The notes under the pieces: model-generated
Told to the model about the DNA's origin: nothing
Database searches by the model: none
Seen by the model: the letters and a program-made list of their open reading frames with translations, nothing else
In this document: one piece after another, positions 1-9,737 of the stretch
Position numbering within the stretch: position 1 is the stretch's first letter
How the letters are laid out: every line of letters begins with the position of its first letter
Translations under genes and position numbers: made by a program
NCBI GenBank assembly: GCA_965140585.1
Contig: OZ223267.1
Location: 256,001-320,000 of the forward strand
DNA length: 64,000 nucleotides
Direction of reading: 5' to 3'
Source: Spirochaetia bacterium
GTDB lineage: Bacteria; Spirochaetota; Spirochaetia; UBA9216

Positions 1-377
1 CGCTGGCAATTGCCCAGCTGAATAATATTTCCGATTATCTTGATGCCAGGGCTGAGATTGCTGATATTTTCGTTAAATCGGTTATGCGGTCCAAACATAA
101 AATCCTTATGCAGAAGTCTGAAGATAAGAACGTTTACTACAGCTTTCCTGTAATCCTGGAAACCGGGCTTGCAGAAGTCGCAGCCTATGCCAGGAAGAAG
201 AATATTCTTACTGAACCGGCGTTTGCCGGGGCAATTGCAGCCTACTCAGATGAAGCTCAGGGCAGCTGTCCCGAAGCGAAAGCTCTGCTTTTGCGCTGTG
301 TAAATTTCCCACTGTATCCCATGCTCGGAAAAAAGAATATAGCAGAAATTTCTAAAGTTCTGTCTTCTCTTCCGTAA
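1..377 (+). CDS. DegT/DnrJ/EryC1/StrS-family PLP aminotransferase, C-terminal part (5' end outside window)
   Basis: Frame open from the window edge (LAIAQLNN...); C-terminal CPEAKALLLRCVNFPLYPML resembles the family's xLPLxP motif. Confidence 0.7.
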   Translation, partial: LAIAQLNNISDYLDARAEIADIFVKSVMRSKHKILMQKSEDKNVYYSFPVILETGLAEVAAYARKKNILTEPAFAGAIAAYSDEAQGSCPEAKALLLRCVNFPLYPMLGKKNIAEISKVLSSLP

Positions 378-396
378 GAGGCTGAAATATTCTATT

Positions 397-1251
397 ATGC
401 GGAAAGTGATTAAAAAAGCGGCAATTATTGTAAATATGCTCAAACCTGAAGCCAGTGAACTGGTGAAGGACATTGTCGCGTACCTTGAAAACCGCGGCAT
501 CGCTTCAGCCGTTTTCGGTTATACCGGCGATCCTATACAGCCGGAAATTGATGACATTGATATAGCCTTTTCGCTAGGCGGTGACGGGACAGTCCTTTTT
601 TGCGCGAGAATTCTGGCTGATTCAGATGTTCCGGTTTTTGCCGTAAATATCGGAAACTTCGGCTTTATCACCGAGGTCTCCAAGGATGAATGGCAGGAAA
701 CCTTCGAAGACTACCTTGAAGGACGTCTTGGCTTAAGCCGCAGGCTCATGCTTGAAGTTGAAGTTGAGAGAAAGGGGAAGATCGTTTCAAAATTCGCCTG
801 TCTCAACGACTCTGTAATTTCCGCATACGGCATATCAAAGATGATCAGACTTTCAGTGGCCCTTGATGACACTCCGCTCGGTGAATACCGGGCCGATGGA
901 ATAATAGTATCCACTCCTACCGGTGCGACAGCCTATTCAGCTGCTGCCGGAGGACCTCTTCTCGATCCTGAGATGGATGCTATCCTTATCAATCCGATTT
1001 GTCCATTTACGCTTTCCAACCGTCCTATAGTTGTTCAAGCAGACCGAGAAATAAGCGTTATAGTTGAACAGGAGCAGAGAGCCCGTGTTATACTGACTAT
1101 AGACGGACAGATGGTTTTTCCTCTGAGTCCGCTGGACCGTATAATCTATCGTCAGTCAGCCAAAAAGGCTCAGATTATCAGGTCCGGCCGAAGGAATTTT
1201 TATGAAATTCTTAGAAGCAAGTTGAAGTGGTCTGGAGGTCCGGATGCTTGA
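397..1251 (+). CDS. nadK: NAD(+) kinase
   Basis: SLGGDGT, GxxGF, LND, ADGIIVSTPTGATAYS motifs; adjacent to recN. Confidence 0.95.
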   Translation: MRKVIKKAAIIVNMLKPEASELVKDIVAYLENRGIASAVFGYTGDPIQPEIDDIDIAFSLGGDGTVLFCARILADSDVPVFAVNIGNFGFITEVSKDEWQETFEDYLEGRLGLSRRLMLEVEVERKGKIVSKFACLNDSVISAYGISKMIRLSVALDDTPLGEYRADGIIVSTPTGATAYSAAAGGPLLDPEMDAILINPICPFTLSNRPIVVQADREISVIVEQEQRARVILTIDGQMVFPLSPLDRIIYRQSAKKAQIIRSGRRNFYEILRSKLKWSGGPDA

Positions 1252-2956
1252 GGTTATAAACATCAGAAATTATGCCCTTGCTGAAAATCTCTCAGTTGAA
1301 TTTCATGAAGGGCTAAATATCCTTTCCGGGGAAACCGGCTCAGGAAAATCAGTTATTATCGGGGCTCTCGGCCTGGTTCTGGGCGAGAAAGGTGATTCCG
1401 GAGTCATCCGGACCGGCACCGATGAAACAGAGGTCTCTGCTGTTGTAAATCTTGAAGGGAATACCGAAGCCCTGGAATGGCTTGAAGCCAGAGCAATAGA
1501 ACCTGACGACGGCAGTATTATCCTCCGAAGAATTCTCAAAAGTACAGGGCGCGGAAGTATTTTTATTCAGTCTGTTCCGGTAACCAGAAATGATATTGCC
1601 GAGTTTACATCGCTTCTTTTTGATATCCATGGGCAGCATGAACATCAGTCCCTTCTTTCCGCGGATAAGCATCTTAAACTTCTCGATCTGTACGGTGGAA
1701 CTCAGGATCTTGCATCCGGCCTTCGGGATGATTTTGCCGAGCTCTCCGCAGTAAAAAAAGAATACCAGAGTCTTGTCTCCGACGAGAGGGAGATGCTTCG
1801 TGAAGCGGAGCTTGCCGAATTTGCGGTACGTGAGATTGAAGCTGCCGGACTTAAACCCGGCGAGATAGAAGCTCTTGAAACCGAACACAGTATGCTCTCG
1901 CAGGCTGAGAAGCTGTTTATCTACTTTGAGGATATCCACAGGGGCTTGAGCAGCGGAAGCGGCGCAATGGGTGGACTGCGGAAAGCGCTTGATGCTCTAA
2001 GGGAAATAAGCAGGATTAATCCAGAGTTTGCTGAATATACCAGCAGGCTTGAAAATATATATTATGAAACTGAAGACATTCAGAACAGTGTGGAATCCTA
2101 CCGGTTAGATTTTGATTTCAGCCCGCAGAGGCTGGAAGCCTGTGAAACCAGGCTTTCCGACATCCTTAAGCTGAAAAAGAAATACGGCGATACCGAGGAG
2201 GAGATTCTCGAATTTCTCGAAACAAGCCGGAGGCGGATTGACAGCATAGAGAACCGGGAAGAACTGAAAGCCGAATACGGTGAAAAAATATCAGTACTCG
2301 AAAAGAAAGTCCTTTCAAACGCTTCTGAACTCTCCGGTCAGAGAAAGAAGAGCGCTCTTGCACTTCAGAAAGCTATCCAGCAGCAGCTGAAGGCGCTGGG
2401 AATGCCAAAGGCGGAGTTCTCCGTATCTGTAGAACCGAGGCTCGGTACAAACGGAAAGCCGGCCTGCGGTCCCCAGGGTTATGACCAGGTGGAGTTCATG
2501 ATTGCCCCGAATCAGGGTGAAACTGCAAAAAAACTGCGAACTATTGCCTCCGGAGGAGAAATTTCGCGTGTAATGCTTGCAATTAAGTCAATTCTTGCCG
2601 AAATTGATAATATAAGCTGTCTTGTCTTTGATGAGATTGATGCCGGTATAGGCGGTGAAATAGCTGTCGCAGTGGGTGAGCATCTGCATAAATTATCTTT
2701 ATGTAAGCAGATTATCTGTATTACTCACCTTGCATCAATCGGTGTTCGTGCAGATAACCATATCAAAGTCAGCAAGATCACAAGGGACGGAAGAACGTTT
2801 ACCGAGATAAGCAGGATTGAAGGTGAGGGACAAATCACTGAAATAGCCAGGATGCTTTCAGGTGACAGCAATGAAGATGCATCGCTCCAGCACGCACGTC
2901 AGCTTCTGGAAAAGTACAGCAGTATGGAAGGAATAGGTACCTGTGGGAAAGATTAG
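1244..2956 (+). CDS. recN: DNA repair protein RecN
   Basis: Walker A GETGSGKS, HGQHEHQ Q-loop, ASGGEISR signature, FDEIDAG, ITHL. Confidence 0.97.
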   Translation: MLEVINIRNYALAENLSVEFHEGLNILSGETGSGKSVIIGALGLVLGEKGDSGVIRTGTDETEVSAVVNLEGNTEALEWLEARAIEPDDGSIILRRILKSTGRGSIFIQSVPVTRNDIAEFTSLLFDIHGQHEHQSLLSADKHLKLLDLYGGTQDLASGLRDDFAELSAVKKEYQSLVSDEREMLREAELAEFAVREIEAAGLKPGEIEALETEHSMLSQAEKLFIYFEDIHRGLSSGSGAMGGLRKALDALREISRINPEFAEYTSRLENIYYETEDIQNSVESYRLDFDFSPQRLEACETRLSDILKLKKKYGDTEEEILEFLETSRRRIDSIENREELKAEYGEKISVLEKKVLSNASELSGQRKKSALALQKAIQQQLKALGMPKAEFSVSVEPRLGTNGKPACGPQGYDQVEFMIAPNQGETAKKLRTIASGGEISRVMLAIKSILAEIDNISCLVFDEIDAGIGGEIAVAVGEHLHKLSLCKQIICITHLASIGVRADNHIKVSKITRDGRTFTEISRIEGEGQITEIARMLSGDSNEDASLQHARQLLEKYSSMEGIGTCGKD

Positions 2957-3761
2957 TGCTCAGGCCAAAGAGGAATATACAGATAAACTCAAGGATTTCA
3001 AGGTTGAACTGGAACGCTTAAGGGACTCTGAATATAACCTTGGAACGATTGCAAGACGGGAACGGGATAAAACCGGTGCCGGATTTCTCAGAGTTGCAGA
3101 TGAAAATCTCAATATTGTATCTTATCTGGTCTTAATGAATAATCTTTCTGTTGCAATGCTCGGAATTAAAAATGATGCCTATCTTAATGAAGCCAGAAAA
3201 ACCTGTTATAAAGCCATTATCAGCATAGAAGATGCTGTCTCTAATTTTATAGATGTGCCGTATTCTGAATATGAAGATCGGCTTGAAAAACTGAAGAATG
3301 TTGATCAGAAGCAGCGCTGGACTTTAATCCGGAAGCTTGGTTTTGCAATTCAGTCGGTCAAAGAAGGCTTCGGTGAAAATACTAAATGGAGATGGTCTTT
3401 CGCAGAAATTGAAGCAAGATTTGCGATTGTAGCAAAGAATCTTCTGGATCTGAAAACCCTCACTGCGGGCCTTGATCCCAGGGCTGAGTTCTACAGAGAG
3501 AGGCAGGCCCATCTTAAGCTTGTTAAAAAACTTCTGCAGTCTGCTGCAGACGGATATCGTGAAAAATATGAGCTTTCAACACTTCGTATCGATGACTTTA
3601 AACTGGCAATAAACTATCTTGGTGCACTTAGACGCCTGAATGCGATTGTCGGTGAGCCTGAAGAAGCGAATGAGCTTAAAAAGAAAATTGATGTCTGGAA
3701 AAGCAAGATGGATCAGGATATCAAGAAAAAAGAATCAGCTTCGAAATCCGGATCCATATAG
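2943..3761 (+). CDS. hypothetical helical protein (GTG start)
   Basis: 272-aa ORF overlapping the recN end; no recognisable motif. Confidence 0.75.
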   Translation: MGKISAQAKEEYTDKLKDFKVELERLRDSEYNLGTIARRERDKTGAGFLRVADENLNIVSYLVLMNNLSVAMLGIKNDAYLNEARKTCYKAIISIEDAVSNFIDVPYSEYEDRLEKLKNVDQKQRWTLIRKLGFAIQSVKEGFGENTKWRWSFAEIEARFAIVAKNLLDLKTLTAGLDPRAEFYRERQAHLKLVKKLLQSAADGYREKYELSTLRIDDFKLAINYLGALRRLNAIVGEPEEANELKKKIDVWKSKMDQDIKKKESASKSGSI

Positions 3762-3767
3762 CTTCAT

Positions 3768-4184
3768 TTATTCCGAATATTTTCCGTCTTTCAGTTCTCC
3801 GAGCGCATCAAATGGCATCAGTTCCCCTGTTGTGGTGCTTACGAAGTTATTCATGTCTTCTCCGCAGAAATAGACAGGAAAGTCTTTAAGAGTAAATTCT
3901 GAAATAACCTGTCTGCATGCCCCGCAGGGAGAAACTGGGTATTCGGCCCTGGGACAGGATATGGCAAGGGCTTTAAAATTTCTTAATCCTAGTGAGATCG
4001 CTTTTACTATAGCACTTCGTTCTGCACAAATTGTGAGTCCGAATGAACGGTTCTCAACATTTGCTCCTGTAATTATCTCACCGTTATCGCATAGCAGCGC
4101 CGCTCCGACAGGGAAATGTGAATATGGTGAGTAGGTTTCTTCAGCAGCTTTTCTGGCTTCCTGCAGCAGTTCTTCTGGTTTCAC
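3768..4184 (-). CDS. cdd: cytidine deaminase (homotetrameric type)
   Basis: PYSHFPVGA, GANVEN, CAER, PCGACRQ zinc motifs; AAGGAG SD before GTG. Confidence 0.95.
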   Translation of the reverse strand: MKPEELLQEARKAAEETYSPYSHFPVGAALLCDNGEIITGANVENRSFGLTICAERSAIVKAISLGLRNFKALAISCPRAEYPVSPCGACRQVISEFTLKDFPVYFCGEDMNNFVSTTTGELMPFDALGELKDGKYSE

Positions 4185-4226
4185 AGTATACTCCTTGGGT
4201 GAAACTGCCGAAACTGAAAACAGTAT

Positions 4227-4256
4227 TTGACAGTGTCACACCTAATAGTATAGGAT
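4227..4256 (+). promoter_or_regulatory. putative sigma70 promoter TTGACA-N18-TAGGAT
   Basis: Perfect -35 at 4227-4232 and 4/6 -10 at 4251-4256, upstream of a GGGAG SD and ATG 4276. Confidence 0.5.
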
Positions 4257-4275
4257 GCAATTGAATGTGGGAGCA

Positions 4276-5331
4276 ATGAAAAAAAGATTTACTATCGGAA
4301 TATTTTTTATCGTACTTGCTGCTTACACCTTGATTTTTCCCCATTTTATCAGGAAAGAGCTGGTGTTTCTGCCCTCCTGGGCAACAGTGATACCGGACGA
4401 GCATACTGCAGCCCCGGCAGCTGCCGGAGATCCGGTACCGTTCAAACTCAGCGGAAAGTTCGGCTATATCGGCCCTTCCGGAATTATTGTCTATTCAGAC
4501 AGCTTTCTATCTGATGCCGCAGTTGCCGAAGATTTTTTTATTAACTATTCAAATGTCTCGGAACGCCTGGTTATGCAGGATAAAAACGGCCGTATTTTAA
4601 ACAGCATTGATACTGAGGGCTATCCGTTTTTTCTTAATGAAAGATTTTATGTGATATCCGCCGACAGAATGACTGTTTCAGAATATGATGAAGAAGGTGA
4701 GGTTCTGTGGACTGTTTCACCCGGTGCTATGATTACCTGTGCTGATGCAAGCTCAAAATACACATTGCTTGGACTTCTTAACGGTGATGTTCTTCTCTTT
4801 GATCATGACGGAACTCAGCTTTTCTCATTCTTCTCGACAGAAAGCAGATACAGTGCTGTATACGGTTGTTCCATTACAGGCGACGGCAGCAGTTTTGCTG
4901 TGGTCTCCGGGCTTAACCATCAGAAACTTATAGTTTTTCAGAAAAGAAATGAAAAATACAGCCGGATCTTTACATCAGACACTGCTGAGCAGGTCAGACG
5001 TAACCTTTACCTCGATTTTTCCAGGGACGGCAAGTACCTGTATATGGAAACATCAGAAGGTCTGGCCTATTACCATACTGTAAAATTTGAAGACGGGATG
5101 AAACCTCTTGAGGGAAGGATTGTCTACTCCAGTATTGCTGCGGAAAAAAGCCTGTCCTTTGTTGTAACGCACGAAGGCAGTAAAGCCCTGCTTAACGTTT
5201 ACAGGAATGACATAGGCAGTCTTGCGGATTTCAGTTTCCCATATGAGGATTTTTTCTTTTATCCGGCCGACGGATGTATCTATGTAGGATCAGGCGATAC
5301 ACTGGTTAGAATTGACATAATTGAAGGATAG
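4276..5331 (+). CDS. membrane-anchored beta-propeller-like (WD40/PQQ-like) periplasmic protein
   Basis: N-terminal TM helix then beta-rich repeats; ATG 4276 has an SD, unlike the track start at 4255. Confidence 0.6.
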   Translation: MKKRFTIGIFFIVLAAYTLIFPHFIRKELVFLPSWATVIPDEHTAAPAAAGDPVPFKLSGKFGYIGPSGIIVYSDSFLSDAAVAEDFFINYSNVSERLVMQDKNGRILNSIDTEGYPFFLNERFYVISADRMTVSEYDEEGEVLWTVSPGAMITCADASSKYTLLGLLNGDVLLFDHDGTQLFSFFSTESRYSAVYGCSITGDGSSFAVVSGLNHQKLIVFQKRNEKYSRIFTSDTAEQVRRNLYLDFSRDGKYLYMETSEGLAYYHTVKFEDGMKPLEGRIVYSSIAAEKSLSFVVTHEGSKALLNVYRNDIGSLADFSFPYEDFFFYPADGCIYVGSGDTLVRIDIIEG

Positions 5332-6214
5332 CAGATTGAAGAATAAAAGCTTCTTTTTGATACTAGTATTTTTTCTCACGGTTTTAAGCGGCATTTCCGC
5401 CTTTGATTGGCCTGTTGCAGACCCTTTGATCACAAGTACATTCGGTACTGAAAAATGGGGCGGATTTTCTTCCGGAATCGATTTGTCTTCGGATTCTGCA
5501 GGGGTCAGTCCCTCTGAGGCTGGTGAAGTAATTTTTTATGCTGATGCGAATTCTATTTGTGCAATCCCCGCAGGTCTTGGTTCTTTCGTTGTGATCGAGC
5601 ATGAACGGAAGCTTAGAACAATATATGGAAACCTTGAAGAGGGCAGTATCGAAACTGAAAGTACGTCGGTGAATACAGATGATATCATAGGGTTAGCCGG
5701 ACAATCAGGAAACTCTGTTAAACCGCATCTTTTTTTTGCTGTTCTTGACAGTGAATTTGAACAATATGTAAATCCTCTGCTTGTACTTAATTCCATATCA
5801 GATACAGAGAAACCGGTTATACGTGAAATCGGCTTTTCTACAGCCTCAGGCTACTATCCGGTGAGCGGAAAGCCTGTCCTTCAGGCCGGAAATGCTGAAC
5901 TCACCGCTGAAATATTCGATCCGTCACTTTCGTCAGCCTATTTTGCGCAGATGGCTCCCTATAAGATACATCTCTTTCTCAATGGTGAGGAAATATTCTA
6001 TATCGGCTTTGAATCAATTGTAACAAGCGACGGTCTAAGCATGACTAAGACTCCGGTAGAAATTTCGGCTCCTGATTTTTTCAAGGCGGACGGCAAGGTC
6101 TCTCTTGGACGTATTAATCTTGTTCCGGGAGAGTCCAGGTTTGAAATCCTGGTCAGTGACTATGCGGGTAATGAAACAAGCCGCAGCTTCCGTATAACCG
6201 TAAACGGTAACTGA
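5321..6214 (+). CDS. secreted M23/LytM-family protein, catalytic histidines degenerate
   Basis: Signal peptide, WPV..ITSTFG, GIDL, G.SGNS..PHLFF pattern. Confidence 0.75.
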   Translation: MKDSRLKNKSFFLILVFFLTVLSGISAFDWPVADPLITSTFGTEKWGGFSSGIDLSSDSAGVSPSEAGEVIFYADANSICAIPAGLGSFVVIEHERKLRTIYGNLEEGSIETESTSVNTDDIIGLAGQSGNSVKPHLFFAVLDSEFEQYVNPLLVLNSISDTEKPVIREIGFSTASGYYPVSGKPVLQAGNAELTAEIFDPSLSSAYFAQMAPYKIHLFLNGEEIFYIGFESIVTSDGLSMTKTPVEISAPDFFKADGKVSLGRINLVPGESRFEILVSDYAGNETSRSFRITVNGN

Positions 6215-7084
6215 GTGAAAACCTTCTCCAGAATCCCCTCCGAAACAAACAGCAGGGAAATTCCATGCTGCCTCTGCGGAGCTGAAAATCACCGCCTTCT
6301 GTGGCAGTTTGACGGCTGGCAGTATGTTAAGTGCTGCAGCTGCGGTCTTGTTTATCAGTCTCCCCAGCCTGTAGCTGACGAGCTGGTTGAAAGGTATGAC
6401 GGTGAATACTGCAGTTATGAGCTTGAAAATCAGGATGCGTTTTTTAATCTTATGCTGCTGGGGCTGCGTGATGTCGGCTTTTACAGGCTTGAGAGCAAGC
6501 TCCTGTCTGAAAGCAGTGATAATCCGGAGTCCGAACCGCTTTCCTTTATAGATGTGGGCTGTGCAACTGGTAAACTTGTTGAATATATGCAGGACCGGGG
6601 CTGGAATTCTGCCGGGATTGAAGTTTGTGAATCAGCAGCTCAATACGGTATCAGGCACCGAGGGGTCTCTATTCATATCGGGCCTGCAGAAAGTTCCGGA
6701 ATTGATGATTGCTCCGTTGATCTTATCCACTGTTCTCATTTGATAGAGCATCTTAATAATCCTGATGCATATTTAAAATGGTGCCGGAAAGTTCTTAAGC
6801 CCGGTGGGCATCTGATAGTGGTTACTCCCGATATCAGCGGAATGCAGGCAGGCCTGTTCGGTTGTGAGTGGCGTTCTGCTATTGCTGATCATATGTATCT
6901 GTTTTCGGGAAGGACTCTCGGCAGAATGCTTGAAAAAAACGGTTTTATAATTAAAAAACGGAAAACATGGGGCGGTCTGGCCGCTGGAACGGCACCACGC
7001 CTTTTAAAAAAAGCAGCAGACAAACTGGTGAAATTTACCGGCTGGGGTGATGTGGTCTGTATATTAGCTACCAAAGCTGCCTGA
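6215..7084 (+). CDS. class I SAM-dependent methyltransferase with N-terminal Cys cluster
   Basis: IDVGCATG motif I, HLIEHL, LKPGG; CCLCG...KCCSCG. Confidence 0.88.
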   Translation: MKTFSRIPSETNSREIPCCLCGAENHRLLWQFDGWQYVKCCSCGLVYQSPQPVADELVERYDGEYCSYELENQDAFFNLMLLGLRDVGFYRLESKLLSESSDNPESEPLSFIDVGCATGKLVEYMQDRGWNSAGIEVCESAAQYGIRHRGVSIHIGPAESSGIDDCSVDLIHCSHLIEHLNNPDAYLKWCRKVLKPGGHLIVVTPDISGMQAGLFGCEWRSAIADHMYLFSGRTLGRMLEKNGFIIKKRKTWGGLAAGTAPRLLKKAADKLVKFTGWGDVVCILATKAA

Positions 7085-7088
7085 TGTA

Positions 7089-7117
7089 TTGACATAACAT
7101 ATTCATTTATCTAGGAT
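7089..7117 (+). promoter_or_regulatory. sigma70 promoter TTGACA-N17-TAGGAT for DUF4912-GH57 operon
   Basis: Perfect -35, optimal 17-nt spacer, GGAGG SD before ATG 7145. Confidence 0.7.
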
Positions 7118-7144
7118 AAACGTTGGTTGTACTGGAGGAAGTAA

Positions 7145-7873
7145 ATGACTGAAGAGCGCCTGCAGCTTCTGCCCGAGGATTTCCTGAGAGAAATCGCAGT
7201 GAAAGAGGGTATCAGCTTTGATGATTCTATTGATAAGGCTGAGCTTATTGATTTGATTCTTGATGCAATTGAGGAAGATCGTTCCGAGAAGGAACTTGCC
7301 AATAATCCGGCAATGCGCATCAAAGAAACCAAATTTGACATTACGCTGAACGAACAGTTCGATTTTGACGAAGATAAATATCCCCTGCCTGAAAAATATA
7401 ATGAAACAAGAATAATGATGCTGCTTAGAGACCCGGCATGGGCATATACATACTGGGATGTTAAAGAGTCTGATATAGCTGCTGTTAAATACGGTGCAGC
7501 AAAGGGGTCTCTTTTTCTCAGAGTTTACGAGCTGCTTGAAGGCGAGTTCAGTAAGAAAAATATCGCGGATTTTTTCGACATTCCGGTAAAACTTGATGAT
7601 AATGACTGGTACATCAACCTTCCCGAGCCGGGGATTCATTATTGTGCAGAACTGATACTGGATACTTCAAAGAATGAGAAAATTCTGTGCCGCTCGAATG
7701 TAGTACTAAGCCCTCTGTGGGAAGTTTCTGAACCCGATGACCTTGCAATACTTAAAGGATCGGGCAATGATCTTCTGCTGGTTGCCGGATTATATGACCT
7801 GGGGCTGGAAGGATCTTCAAGTAAGGTTCCCCAGCGGATTATATCTATGATAGATACCGAATTTCTGGAGTAA
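7145..7873 (+). CDS. DUF4912 domain protein
   Basis: LPEKYNETRI..L.RDP.WAY.YWD and WYINLP motifs; typical partner of GH57. Confidence 0.8.
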   Translation: MTEERLQLLPEDFLREIAVKEGISFDDSIDKAELIDLILDAIEEDRSEKELANNPAMRIKETKFDITLNEQFDFDEDKYPLPEKYNETRIMMLLRDPAWAYTYWDVKESDIAAVKYGAAKGSLFLRVYELLEGEFSKKNIADFFDIPVKLDDNDWYINLPEPGIHYCAELILDTSKNEKILCRSNVVLSPLWEVSEPDDLAILKGSGNDLLLVAGLYDLGLEGSSSKVPQRIISMIDTEFLE

Positions 7874-7880
7874 ACTGTTT

Positions 7881-9479
7881 ATGAGCATCGAAAAAGGATA
7901 TCTTAGTCTTGTTCTGCATTCCCATCTTCCCTATGTGCATCATCCAGAGAAAGAAAACTGTCTTGAGGAACACTGGTTTTTTGATGCACTGGCTGAAACT
8001 TACCTCCCGATGCTTAGGATGCTTACATCGTTGCATGAAGAAGGTGTTCCCTACAGACTTACACTGTCAATTTCACCGACACTTACCACAATGCTGATGG
8101 ATGAACTTCTGCAGGAGAGATTTGTAACTTATCTTGAAAACAGAATACTTCTCGGTGAAAAAGAACTTGTAAGAACCCAGAATAATCCGGAGCTTTATAA
8201 GCTTGCTCAGATGTATAAGGCTCATTATGAGCAGGATCTGGATGATTTTGAAAATTTGTATAAAAGAAACCTCATAAAAGGTTTTAAATATCTCGAAAAA
8301 GCCGGCTGTATAGAAATTATAACAACAGCGGCCACACATGCATTTCTTCCGCTTTATCAGGAATTTCCCCGTGTTATTGAAGCCCAGATACACACAGCCG
8401 TTATTTCTTACAGCAGAGTATTCGGGAAGGCTCCGAAAGGTATGTGGATTCCTGAACTCGGCTATTTTCCCGGTCTTGGAAAATACCTGAAGCAGCATGG
8501 AATTGATTACAGTTTTATTGCCGCTCACGGACAGCTCTTTGCTAAGAAAAAATCAAAATACGGAGTATATGCTCCTGTTCAGACAAGCAGCGGAATACTT
8601 GCCTTTTCAAGGGATATTCCTGCATCCAGAGCTGTATGGTCCGATGAAGACGGCTATCCTGCAGATCAGGTTTACCGTGATTTTACACAGGACATAGGGT
8701 TCAATCTTGATTTTGATTATATAGGCCCCCATATCTATGAAGATAAGGTCAGGCTTTCGACCGGATATAAATACTATAGAATTGACGGTGGGGAAAAAGG
8801 TCATATTTACAGGCCTGAGGCTGCTGCCAAAAAAGCTCTGGAGCATGCCGACAATTTCATTTATATGCGCCGCAAGCAGGTTAAGAAACTTGCACCGCTT
8901 CTTGATCGTCCGCCTATTATTGTCTGCCCCAACGACTCTGAAATTTTCGGTCGCTGGTGGTATGAGGGGCTGATCTGGCTTGAAAAGGTTTTGCGTTACG
9001 CTTCAACCGCTGAAGATTTGGGACTCAGGACCCCGAGCGATTATATAGAAGAATTTCCTTCAACTGAAAAGGTTGAACCTATATACTCAAGCTGGGGTAA
9101 CAAGGGCTATGGTGCTGTATGGCTTGACGGCAGTAATGACTGGGTTTATCGACATGTTCATAAAGCCTCTGAGCGAATGCAGGAGCTTGTTGCAAGATTT
9201 CCTGATGAGTCAGGTCTTAAAAAAAGAGTTCTTGATCAGGCTGCAAGAGAGGTCCTTCTTGCACAGGCTTCAGACTGGCCTTTTATAATGAAGACCTGCC
9301 GCAGTGCTGATTATGCTCAGATGCGTGTAAAGCGTCATCTGTTCAACTTTAATCAGATTTACGATAACCTCTGCAGGAATACTGTTAATACCGAATGGCT
9401 GACGAGGATAGAGAAGGAGAACAAGATTTTTCCGGATCTTGATTACAGAATATTCGGTGGAAGACAGTCCATTACCTGA
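7881..9479 (+). CDS. glycoside hydrolase family 57, 1,4-alpha-glucan branching enzyme type (DUF1957)
   Basis: LHSHLPYV, ETYLP, ATHAFLPL, WIPE nucleophile, D.EIFG.WWYEG, LAQASDWPF. Confidence 0.9.
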   Translation: MSIEKGYLSLVLHSHLPYVHHPEKENCLEEHWFFDALAETYLPMLRMLTSLHEEGVPYRLTLSISPTLTTMLMDELLQERFVTYLENRILLGEKELVRTQNNPELYKLAQMYKAHYEQDLDDFENLYKRNLIKGFKYLEKAGCIEIITTAATHAFLPLYQEFPRVIEAQIHTAVISYSRVFGKAPKGMWIPELGYFPGLGKYLKQHGIDYSFIAAHGQLFAKKKSKYGVYAPVQTSSGILAFSRDIPASRAVWSDEDGYPADQVYRDFTQDIGFNLDFDYIGPHIYEDKVRLSTGYKYYRIDGGEKGHIYRPEAAAKKALEHADNFIYMRRKQVKKLAPLLDRPPIIVCPNDSEIFGRWWYEGLIWLEKVLRYASTAEDLGLRTPSDYIEEFPSTEKVEPIYSSWGNKGYGAVWLDGSNDWVYRHVHKASERMQELVARFPDESGLKKRVLDQAAREVLLAQASDWPFIMKTCRSADYAQMRVKRHLFNFNQIYDNLCRNTVNTEWLTRIEKENKIFPDLDYRIFGGRQSIT

Positions 9480-9494
9480 GGAAGTTTTCGGTAG

Positions 9495-9737
9495 TTAACG
9501 GCAGAGTTCCGCAGTTTCATTCACAGACAACTGCTCAAGAAAATACCTGATAACCGGGCCGTTGTTTGTCTGCTCAGTTGATTTACGATAGACACGGTAT
9601 ACGATCATCCTGGGGGTCGGAAGCGGAAGTCTCTGCGGGAATCCATTAATATCGACAAGTTCGTTAAATCTCAATTCCCGTTCAACTTCCCTGGTGTCTC
9701 CTTCCGGGTAGACTATAATACATGTTGTGAAAGTCAG
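9495..9737 (-). CDS. small hypothetical protein (80 aa, probable CTG start; missing from ORF track)
   Basis: Open frame LTFTTCIIVYPEGDTREVE...ETAELCR*; GGAGG 7 nt before CTG; CTGA overlap with the upstream stop. Confidence 0.7.
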   Translation of the reverse strand: MTFTTCIIVYPEGDTREVERELRFNELVDINGFPQRLPLPTPRMIVYRVYRKSTEQTNNGPVIRYFLEQLSVNETAELCR

